Of a stretch of DNA of 62,060 nucleotides, positions 50,593 through 60,100 are shown piece after piece. The notes under the pieces are model-generated. The model worked only from the letters and a program-made list of their open reading frames with translations, did not search any database and was not told the origin of the DNA. The translations under genes were made by a program, and so were the position numbers. This stretch comes from Patescibacteria group bacterium (lineage in GTDB: Bacteria; Patescibacteriota; Microgenomatia; UBA10105; UBA927), in contig JBGSUE010000056.1 of NCBI GenBank assembly GCA_041753515.1, forward strand, positions 1 through 62,060, in the 5' to 3' direction. The stretch's first letter is position 1. Each line of letters starts with the position of its first letter.

Positions 50593-52178
50593 GGCATTTT
50601 TCTGTTTGACCTATAAACCGAAACAAAAGACACTGTCGCAAGAAGTGCGATGGATGTGAAGAGCAGCATGAAAAAATGATATGCCGAAAAGGTGTGCGAC
50701 AGAAATGTATTGTACACATACGATTTGGATCTGTTTCCAAGGATGTAGTCATAATTGCGCATATACGTATATTTTTGTTCAACACCGGAGATTTTTTCCA
50801 GCTCCAGTACCTGGACTTGTGGTGGAATTGCGCTTGTTGTGATAGCCCCGAGTGTATTTACCCAGATGCTGTAGAGTGATATGGTGAATACTGCTATGAG
50901 GAAAAAAAGGTATTTTCCCCACATGGTTAAGATATAGGCCAGAAATATGCTTAAAAGCGCAAACGCGGGAATGAGATAGCGTGAACCAAACGCCCATCCG
51001 CCCCACGGATCCCCCCACATGGAATACAGCAGAATAATGATGAGTATGACTGATGTCATAAGCTGATATCCGGCAGTATTGCGTCTGTACGCCGCAATCA
51101 GCCCGAATAGAGCAACGATCATAATCGGTGTGTACATCACAACTCCCCTGTCCGGACTGAAAAGATGAATATAGAGTCCATTGACGGCAAATCGCGGATT
51201 GAAAAACGTAACTGCAGACTGCGTTCCAGCGGTTTTCAGATCTTCCAAGGTGACATCCTGACCTTCGCGGGATTTGACTGGCTGACCAAATTCATCAAGC
51301 TGGGCGACATAGGGAACGGTACCTGATAACCGTGTCGGACTTCCGTAAGAAATAGTATTGAAGATAAGAAAAATTGATGCCGGAATGATGACGCCAATTA
51401 ATGTAATCAATCTTCCTGCCTTGAAATAGTATGCAGTGTGCATCCTTATTTTTTTTGAGAAGATGAATGAGGTGGCAGCCTGAATGGCAATTGGTGCCAT
51501 AAAGAAGAAATTCGGATAATCCACAAGAACCGAAAGGGCACATAAGAACCAGATACCGAAATGGGATTTCCACGAAATGACAGTCTGTTTTAATAAAAGC
51601 CAGATTCCCAACAGAATGATGCATGTGGAAATATGATGCTGGTAGAGGTTGACGGCATAGGCATATGCCGGTGTCGCAAACAGGAATAAAAGTCCTGCAA
51701 GTATTCCTGCGGGTTTTGATGCGCCGATGCGCAGGGACAGTCGGATAATAAGAAAGACGTTGAGAATGGCAAACAGTGATATCACGGCAAATGTCCCCAC
51801 CTGGGAATTGCCGAGCATTTTTCCGATGACATAGCCGGGAGACACCAGGAGCGATACGCCGGGAGCAAACAGGGAGACATAGTTTCCGTTCCAGAATCCA
51901 AGATCTGGTGTGGCAAACCGTGCAACCGGTATGGAAAAAAAGACCGATTTGTCCTCCACCAGTGAGTATGTCAGGGCAAACCGTCCCCGTTCGGGCGATA
52001 GCTCAAACGGTCCGTCCTCACGATACGTTTTCGTCCGCAGCTGATCCATGGTCGGATTCCCCCCGATTCCGCGCAGACTGATGATGAGCAGTACGAAACA
52101 CAAAATCAACACACCGGGTATGTGTAAACCAGAGAACGCTGCAATTATCTTATTCATAATGAAATATATTTTATTCAT
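50589..52178 (-). CDS. GT-C-like polytopic membrane protein
   Basis: PDL...APG.S, LFATP..Y, FSPDRG..YTP, W.GGWAFGSRYL.P. Confidence 0.68.
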   Translation of the reverse strand: MNKIYFIMNKIIAAFSGLHIPGVLILCFVLLIISLRGIGGNPTMDQLRTKTYREDGPFELSPERGRFALTYSLVEDKSVFFSIPVARFATPDLGFWNGNYVSLFAPGVSLLVSPGYVIGKMLGNSQVGTFAVISLFAILNVFLIIRLSLRIGASKPAGILAGLLFLFATPAYAYAVNLYQHHISTCIILLGIWLLLKQTVISWKSHFGIWFLCALSVLVDYPNFFFMAPIAIQAATSFIFSKKIRMHTAYYFKAGRLITLIGVIIPASIFLIFNTISYGSPTRLSGTVPYVAQLDEFGQPVKSREGQDVTLEDLKTAGTQSAVTFFNPRFAVNGLYIHLFSPDRGVVMYTPIMIVALFGLIAAYRRNTAGYQLMTSVILIIILLYSMWGDPWGGWAFGSRYLIPAFALLSIFLAYILTMWGKYLFFLIAVFTISLYSIWVNTLGAITTSAIPPQVQVLELEKISGVEQKYTYMRNYDYILGNRSKSYVYNTFLSHTFSAYHFFMLLFTSIALLATVSFVSVYRSNRKMP

Positions 52179-52187
52179 AATACGACG

Positions 52188-53264
52188 TTATATTCGCAAA
52201 GTCCGGAAAATATACTTTGAATCTAGGCTGTATTTTTTTTTGACAAAACGCTGTTTTACATATCCTGTGTATATGATAAATTTCCACCATAGTATGTATA
52301 AAATGTTTTTCGTAATACATACATCATACTGGTATTTGAACTCTGGTGCGTAAGCGATTTTATAATGATTCAACCCGCCGCAGAAATCTACTGTATCTAC
52401 TGCGAATTTCTGCGCATCATTGAGAAGCAGATAGAACAATAAGCGGCCGGGTGAGAGAAATTTATACCCTGTGAGGTATGACGCCTGGTATGCTACAAGT
52501 ACTTTACCGGAATAATAACTGAAAATATACGCGACAGGTTTTGCATCGAAATAAAGGATTGTGATGATGATATTTTTTCTGTAATGTGCTATGAATGACC
52601 GGAAAAAGTGCTGATATTCCGTTCGGGTGAGTACGTCCATTGATTTTTTCTGTTTTGCGCTGTGGGCATCTATATCTACCATGACGGAAAACAGATTCTC
52701 AAGGTTTTCGGGATAGGTATGATTTATATACTGAAGATGTGAACTGTATTTTTTTAGTAAGAGAGCCATTTCCTTTGAATTTGATTTTGAGAGATGACGG
52801 AGAGGATGTTTGTCTTTTATGCCAAGGATCGGGGCAACGTACAGGAGATATGCGAAAGAATACTTTGTGGTATCAAGCATGAGCCTCGCTGTTTCAGGTT
52901 TTACTCTGGGCAGATACAGGGGATGGCGGCGCGATACCTCCTCGATGAGAGCCTGCATAATTTTGGATTCATATGACTGAAGGAGTAGTGAATCATCAAT
53001 GGTAAAGCGTTGGGCAGGACACGTGTAGACTCTTACGCCGAATTTATTTGATAGGTCAACGGGTAAAATACCGACAAGTGCGTTCTGTTTATAACAGGCA
53101 AACACCGTGTATTTTTTTTCAGGAAACGCAGATATGCTGGTATCAAACCAATCAGGAGAATTGTGTAGTGTTGCGTTGACCGCACTATTCCACAGGTGTC
53201 TCCATGTATCACGAAATTCATGTGTAATTTCATAATATGTGACAACGGAATACGGATTTTTCAT
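52188..53264 (-). CDS. GNAT acetyltransferase (CelD/BcsL-like)
   Basis: W..LW...SPDW, LVGILP, LSPGRLL, DFCGG..YK. Confidence 0.75.
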   Translation of the reverse strand: MKNPYSVVTYYEITHEFRDTWRHLWNSAVNATLHNSPDWFDTSISAFPEKKYTVFACYKQNALVGILPVDLSNKFGVRVYTCPAQRFTIDDSLLLQSYESKIMQALIEEVSRRHPLYLPRVKPETARLMLDTTKYSFAYLLYVAPILGIKDKHPLRHLSKSNSKEMALLLKKYSSHLQYINHTYPENLENLFSVMVDIDAHSAKQKKSMDVLTRTEYQHFFRSFIAHYRKNIIITILYFDAKPVAYIFSYYSGKVLVAYQASYLTGYKFLSPGRLLFYLLLNDAQKFAVDTVDFCGGLNHYKIAYAPEFKYQYDVCITKNILYILWWKFIIYTGYVKQRFVKKKYSLDSKYIFRTLRI

Positions 53265-54325
53265 ACTGATGGGAAGATTGATTTATAGATAAAATACATT
53301 TTTTTGTTCGAAAAAAGAATAGTATAGATTTTTTCTCGAAAATTTATAGCCAGCGGCAGTACATTACGTACTAATGAGTTACGTGATAGTGTTATAGCAT
53401 ACAGTTGCCTGTGTGAAGAGGACATGAGATGTTTAATATGGCTGTCGCCTGTGCCAAGGTCCATATGGGAGAATGAATTATTTTTCAGCTGTTCAAATAT
53501 TTTGTACGCCAGTACTTTACCCGGTTGGAATCGGGAAGCTGACAGATCGTATCCTAGCTGGCTGCCGATATACGTATTGTGTACAACAAACCCGATTGAG
53601 TATGCGATCGGCTTTGAATCATACTCCAGGAAATGAATCAGAAAATTGCTCTTGAATTCTTTTTGTAATAATCGGTAAAACATCCTGCTGGAAGTATTGG
53701 AAAACGTCGCATACCCTTTTGCTTGTTTTGCACTGTTTTTATCGATAGAGAATACTTCCTCCAGTGCATGATCAGACGTGTTGTTAGCAGACCGTATGGT
53801 AAAACGGTCTGATATGTGTTTAATACGCCTGAAAATTACGGATTTGTTGCTCATCGTGTGGCGGATATCCACGTCGTTTTGAAGATCTATAGAATAGTTT
53901 ACTGTACTTGTTCGTGCGAAAGACAATCCCTGAAGATAAGTATTGACAGTTCCGACAAATTGTTCATCAGTATTTTGGAAATGGCACGGTCCGAGCTGTA
54001 TCATTTCCGCCAGAAGATGTTTTATAAGATGATTATTTAAAACGTCTGCAAGTATCGGTATACCGTATGTGAAATGATCAGGAATGGATGTATATACCAA
54101 CACGGATAGAATCCTTTTTTTCCAAAGGGGTATTACTGCGTTCAAGGAGTCTTTGGTGTAAACGGCAATAATCGTACAGGGGACATCCGGAAATGTCTGA
54201 ATGACAGCAGAAGTCCAGTAGGGACTATTGATAAGACTTGCATATGGAGAAGATTCCCACAATCGTTTCCATTTGCAATACAATTCCGGATTCAGAGATG
54301 AGTATATTTTCGTTGTATATTTCAT
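53261..54325 (-). CDS. GNAT acetyltransferase (CelD/BcsL-like)
   Basis: WKRLW...SPYW, GYD...QPGKVL, DLGTGD..K. Confidence 0.75.
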   Translation of the reverse strand: MKYTTKIYSSLNPELYCKWKRLWESSPYASLINSPYWTSAVIQTFPDVPCTIIAVYTKDSLNAVIPLWKKRILSVLVYTSIPDHFTYGIPILADVLNNHLIKHLLAEMIQLGPCHFQNTDEQFVGTVNTYLQGLSFARTSTVNYSIDLQNDVDIRHTMSNKSVIFRRIKHISDRFTIRSANNTSDHALEEVFSIDKNSAKQAKGYATFSNTSSRMFYRLLQKEFKSNFLIHFLEYDSKPIAYSIGFVVHNTYIGSQLGYDLSASRFQPGKVLAYKIFEQLKNNSFSHMDLGTGDSHIKHLMSSSHRQLYAITLSRNSLVRNVLPLAINFREKIYTILFSNKKMYFIYKSIFPSV

Positions 54326-55095
54326 AACAAATTTGTTTGTACTATCACATATTCATCAAGATGCGGAATAGCCGAACCTGCAAAGAGAGCCGGAACTTGC
54401 GTGTTGTACATGGAAATTAATTGTTTTTTACCTGTATAGTCCACAGGATTTTTCATGAGAGTGTAGTCTTTTGGAATTTCTGTCGATTGTGCGTTTCCGG
54501 AGCGGTACAGGTATGGTTGGTCAAGCCAATACACTGGTTGAGTAATGAGTTCTACTGCCCGCCTTACAATGAGATGGTCGACATGGTTGCCAGTACCAAA
54601 CGGGCAGAATATGAGGGTTTTGGATTGTCCATACGGACGTAATGCTTCGCTGATTCTTTCAGTGAGATCCGCATCAAGACGGGATATTCTTCCGCGTGCA
54701 ATATGAAACCGGTACGTTGGATATACATAAGATAATTCCGGAATGAAGCGCGCCAGCATTCCTGAGGGTTTTTGCCTCAGGAGTGCTTCTGTAAACCCGA
54801 GATTTACGTTCCGTACACCGATAGTGTGCAGTGCTTTTTCGTCTTCATCTATACGTGCATTATAGAGTGTTTTCATGGATGGAAATCCCGATTGCTTCAG
54901 ATTCTGTTTTACTGATAACGATGGCCTGATATCGGGCATGCCAGTAAACACATTGATGACGGTGACACGGATATGCTCGTTCACCAGGTCTGTCATCAGA
55001 TTTCCGGCAGAAAGCGCTGCATCATCAAGATGCGGGGAAATGAATACACAGGCTGTGTATTTTTCCCGTATAATTTGGTCTGATAACGACTTCAT
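54322..55095 (-). CDS. PIG-L/LmbE-family deacetylase
   Basis: SPHLDDAALSAG, R..ED, GNHVDH, D.PY, Y.TQ. Confidence 0.85.
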   Translation of the reverse strand: MKSLSDQIIREKYTACVFISPHLDDAALSAGNLMTDLVNEHIRVTVINVFTGMPDIRPSLSVKQNLKQSGFPSMKTLYNARIDEDEKALHTIGVRNVNLGFTEALLRQKPSGMLARFIPELSYVYPTYRFHIARGRISRLDADLTERISEALRPYGQSKTLIFCPFGTGNHVDHLIVRRAVELITQPVYWLDQPYLYRSGNAQSTEIPKDYTLMKNPVDYTGKKQLISMYNTQVPALFAGSAIPHLDEYVIVQTNLL

Positions 55096-56186
55096 GATAC
55101 TAGTGTATCGAAAAACCGAAAGTATTTCTCCGTTACGTTGCGCCAGGAATACTGTTTCGCAAAATGATATGCATTGCGAATAGTCATGGCACGGCTGTGT
55201 GCGTCGGTTATGGCGTTGTGTATTGTCTGTGCAAGACTTTGTGCATCCAGACTGTTTGCTACAAACCTGCAATCATGAGGTATCCAGGATAAACCTTCTA
55301 TATCGAATGTGATGAGCGGTTTGCGGGATGCCATTGCTTCAAGAGCAGTGAGTGAGAATGTTTCGAAACGTGACGGCACGGCAATTGCGGATGCGTTTGA
55401 AATAAGCTTCTTTTTTTCCGTTTCTTGTACCCTTCCGATAATCCGGATTCTGTTTTCCAAACGAAGTTTTTTTACATGCGATGACATCGCAGAAACTTCA
55501 GATGGTGTTCCTCCACCTGCAATAATCAATTGTACTCCATGAGTATGTATCTGTTTGAATGCATCCAAGAGCATATCAAGACCTTTCTGGTTCATTTCGA
55601 TACGTCCAAGAAATAGTACGTACTGATCTGCACTATTGGTTTTCCCAGTACAGTAGGGAATCTCGATCCCGTTTGGAATGAGCGCAATCTGCGCACGACT
55701 GTTGACTGATTGTATAAACTGTTGACTGTTGTCCGTTGTAACGATGATATGCCTGTAGAGTTTAAGGAGATATTTTTCTGCAATATCAAACGGGAGATGG
55801 TATTTCCGTTTCATATCTTTTCCGGAAAGCATGTGTACAAGTCCGACTAAGGGTTTTTTTGATAGAACCGGCAGCAGGGATCCCGAACACGGAGGGGTCA
55901 GATTTTCAACCCAAAGGTCATAGTGCTTTGTCCGTACATAATACGGCAAAAGCGCCTGGAACATCAGCTGTCCGATTTTTGGACCATGACCCGCGTATCC
56001 GATACGATTGAATTGGATACCATCGATTGCATTATTACGGGAGCCGGGAAATGCAGCCGTAATAATTTCAATATCATAAAATCCTGAAAGTCGTTTGGCA
56101 ATTTCAAATATCGCATGTGCGCCTCCACCGCCTATATGCGGGTTGGACACGTCATCATAATTGGAAAATATTATCCGTTTTTTCAT
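55092..56186 (-). CDS. GT4 glycosyltransferase
   Basis: GGG, IPNGI, FLGRIE..QKG.D, PSRFETFSLTALEAMA. Confidence 0.88.
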   Translation of the reverse strand: MKKRIIFSNYDDVSNPHIGGGGAHAIFEIAKRLSGFYDIEIITAAFPGSRNNAIDGIQFNRIGYAGHGPKIGQLMFQALLPYYVRTKHYDLWVENLTPPCSGSLLPVLSKKPLVGLVHMLSGKDMKRKYHLPFDIAEKYLLKLYRHIIVTTDNSQQFIQSVNSRAQIALIPNGIEIPYCTGKTNSADQYVLFLGRIEMNQKGLDMLLDAFKQIHTHGVQLIIAGGGTPSEVSAMSSHVKKLRLENRIRIIGRVQETEKKKLISNASAIAVPSRFETFSLTALEAMASRKPLITFDIEGLSWIPHDCRFVANSLDAQSLAQTIHNAITDAHSRAMTIRNAYHFAKQYSWRNVTEKYFRFFDTLVS

Positions 56187-56190
56187 ATAT

Positions 56191-57126
56191 TTATAGTGGA
56201 GATTTTTTTGTGGATACGGCTGTCTGCCAGAGGGATGTGCTGTCCGGATGAATCCGTTTTGCCATGAATTTAATATATACACTGATGAATATGCCCGGGA
56301 GAGTAAAAAATGGCTCATCTGTGAGTGTTTTCATAAGTCCTTTTATTTTTGAAACCAACGGAACGGGCGTGATGGTACGTACGGCATCGGGATACCTGCG
56401 TTCAATAAATGGATCACCTTTCCCAATTGTTCGTTTTAAAAAATTTTGCAGATCAGACCAGGTGGAAATCGGCCACTGATACATGACAGCATTGAACGTG
56501 TAGCGGAAGCTTGTGCGTTCGACTGTCCGTATATAAATATACATATGCGGATCGCATAAACCCTTGGGCATTTTGATCCGCCGGGCAAATGAGCCGCGGT
56601 ATGCGGTTGCAGATCCATAATAATTGTGGTGGCTGTGAATATTTGGTACGGATAACCGTACATGATCCCAGTACAGAAATGACGTATACAGAATCCGTGC
56701 CATGACGCCGTGCGGGCGGAAAAGTTTCTGGTGTGCGGCAAGAATTTCAATATGCGGATCTTTCAGCAGTGGTGCAACCATATTTTCAATAAACCGTGAA
56801 CCTTGAATGGTGATATCGGCATCAAGAACGATGAGAATCTCTGCTGTGCATGTTCGAAATGCCCGGTTCAACCGCTCATATTTTCCGAGTTGATGTGACG
56901 ATCCGGTCATACGTATTTTGATGCGGGATTTTTGGGCAATTGCGCGTACAATGTCTCGTGTGTTGTCAATTGAGCCGTCCAGACAAACCGTGATATCCGA
57001 GAGTCGGAATCGGCTCGTATCCTGGTGAAGAAGTGAGCGTATGAGGTGTCCGATATTTGACTCTTCGTTATGCGCCGGAATGAATACAGAAACAACTGGT
57101 TTCGATAGTTTTTTTTGCGGGCTCAT
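56191..57126 (-). CDS. GT2 glycosyltransferase
   Basis: IPAHNEE, DGSIDNT, LDAD. Confidence 0.85.
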   Translation of the reverse strand: MSPQKKLSKPVVSVFIPAHNEESNIGHLIRSLLHQDTSRFRLSDITVCLDGSIDNTRDIVRAIAQKSRIKIRMTGSSHQLGKYERLNRAFRTCTAEILIVLDADITIQGSRFIENMVAPLLKDPHIEILAAHQKLFRPHGVMARILYTSFLYWDHVRLSVPNIHSHHNYYGSATAYRGSFARRIKMPKGLCDPHMYIYIRTVERTSFRYTFNAVMYQWPISTWSDLQNFLKRTIGKGDPFIERRYPDAVRTITPVPLVSKIKGLMKTLTDEPFFTLPGIFISVYIKFMAKRIHPDSTSLWQTAVSTKKSPL

Positions 57127-60100
57127 ATACATGTACCTGATCTGTTTGATTTATCTATCAGATTGAGAAATTGCGATGCACTCTTGTCCCACTCGAATTT
57201 GGAAGCCCACTTTGTCGCCTCACGTGACATTCTTTGCCTCAAGGCCGGATTTTTCAGAAGCAGTGTGATGTGTTTGGCGAACTCTTCATGGTTGCCGTAT
57301 GGCACAAGAAAACCGCTGTGGGGATTATAGACGCTGTCGCGCAGGCCGGATACATTGGATGCCACGACAGGGGTGCCGCAGGCATTAGCCTCGATCGAAG
57401 TTATCCCCCACCCTTCCATGAGCGATGGGTTCACGAAGACCCAGGCTTTTTGGTAAATTCTGATTTTTTCTTCATTCGTGACAGTACCCACAAAATCTAT
57501 ATATTTTTCGATGTTTAATCTGTCCGCGAGCTCCATCAGTCTTCTTTTCTCTTCTCCGTTTCCCGCAATGATAAAACGGACGGTTGGGATGTGTTTGAGG
57601 ATTTCCAACGCAGCGCGGATAAAGACATGAAGACTTTTATAGCTTTTGAGTCTTCCCACATAGGCTACAAGCGGAATCTTTGATTTGATACCGGGTGTAT
57701 AGAGTGTATTATCGACACCGCAGTAGATAATTGACGGATCGGTATCTGTCAGATTGTGGTCGATGATATCAGCCTTTGATGACGGAGAAACCGTGATGAC
57801 TTTGACTTTTCGGTAGATATACGGCATAAGTTTTCCTTCCAAAAATGTCGCAATCCATGAAAACGGCGGCGTGAGCGACGTGCGGAAGACACGCTGATGC
57901 ACATGGTGGATGAGGAGAAATATTTTCTGTTTCGAATACAGTGGCGTAAAAAACGGGATACCGTTTTCCGAATCAATAATGACATCGGCAGTTTTTTTAA
58001 AATGGGTGAGATAGTACAGCCATGCCCAGATATACACACTGAATACATGTCCGTGCCTCATCAGATGTACTCCGTCGATAATTTCGTGAGACGGATTTTT
58101 CAGGCTTCGCGCGGAGAATACGATGACGGTATGGCCCATGGCAACCCACCGTTTTGCGAGCTCATGGATGTACACTTCTGCTCCGCCTGCCCATGCATGA
58201 TGGATATCCCTCCAGTTATAGATGAGTATTGTTTTTGAACCGGACCCTGATGGCTGTATTGCCATCGGTTTGAATAATCCGGTGATGTCTTCATAATTGG
58301 ACTCGATAGTATCCAGAATGATTGATAATGTTGACATGAAAATAATACCGATGATGAGTGCAATGCTGATCGCGAATTGGATATTCACAAATTCAGCGAT
58401 TGATCCGTGATGAATTGTGAGAAGATATAGTTGTGCGCCTGCAAATAAAAGTGCAGTAATCGGAATAATGTGACGTTTTTTTATCTGCTGGTAGATGATC
58501 ATATTTCGGGAAATGGAAAATATCAGAATGGCGGCGGCGTAGGTTGGAAGATACTCAAGTATCGGTAATGCTTTGGGACCGAAAAGAAGCGGTGCGGTGT
58601 ACTCACCGTATACACCGATTACAAGATATGCCACCATACTTGCCGCAGTGGATATACCAAGCAATTTAATAAATATATGCCATGTGCCTCTGCCTAATCC
58701 CTCTGCTTTTGAGATGACTGGATTGAAGAATTGAGCAAACGCCGATCCGATAAACAGGATGATCTTTCCGATAATCGACAACAGCGCATATTGTCCTGCC
58801 TCTTTTGGTGGCAAATAGTGTTTTGCCAGAATGACATCAAGTGAGAAAAATACGACGGTCGATACATCCTGCATGACTGTTGTACCCAAAAACCATTTTG
58901 GAAACCGCAGATTATATGATTGAGTATCTGCTGTAATCGAACGTGCAAGTCGTTTTACGGCAAACCAACCGACCATAAATGATGTTGCCATGGATAATGG
59001 TATGGCGATATACACATCGTGGATAAAACCTGTCGAAACAAGAATGACTGCATACAGAAATTTTGAAATCGATTCAATAACAATAATTGCGGCAATCAAT
59101 GCAAATTTATGACTGCCGCTTAAAAGACCCATATCAACTGATGAGAGCGTTGCGATGATCCAAACTGGAGTAAAAAATAGAAACGGTATTGCGGAACCGG
59201 TTTGAAAAAACCGTGAACTATATGGAATCAAGATCGCCCACAGAAAAGATACACCGAGTGTGATATATAACAGCCGTTTGCGTACTATTCTCCAAAATGA
59301 TGCCGCATACACGCCGTATTTACCGAAAATGAATGCACTTCTATATGATACAGTACGTCCGATAGAGCCTATTGGAATATCTGCAAGTGCCCAGACATTA
59401 TTGACAAGCGCAATGAGACCAAAAGCTTCAAATGATATGGACCGCGTCAGATATGCACTTAATGCAAAATTGATGACATTGGCAATACCTGAAGCGGCAA
59501 TAAGCATGCTTGCTCCGCCCAATGTACTGCCGGTAAATCTCCATGCTTTCTGCTGGAAGATTTGCTTTTTTTCACTGAGCGCTTCTGAATTCTTTATGTG
59601 TTTGATATGGAGACCATGGTGTGTTTTTTCCCAATAATATGGCTTTATGATAAGTTGAATGACTGATTTTATTGCGGATATTGAAACAAGAAGCCAGTAG
59701 AACGGAACGAGAAAAACATACTTGATAATTGCGTATTGTCCGCGTTTGGCGCATCCGATCATATAGTAGTACATACATAGGAAATTACCGAATACCATGG
59801 ATGTGGCTGCCATATAAAAAACCCACGTCGGGTATACGGATTCAATAGCCTCTCCGACGTACCTGTAGAGAATAAAGTATGAAATCGTGACGATCCATAG
59901 AATCGGATTAATGAGAATGAAAGCGATTTTTCCGCCTACCACCATCTGAAACATGAGTGCATGCACGCCATGATTTTTTATAAATGTCCAGGGACTGCGC
60001 ATGTGGACAAAATATGTCTGGATATATCCTTTAATCCAGCGGGACCTCTGTCGGATCCAGTTGCCCAGATGGCTGTTTGCTTCCTCATATGTTGTTGAAT

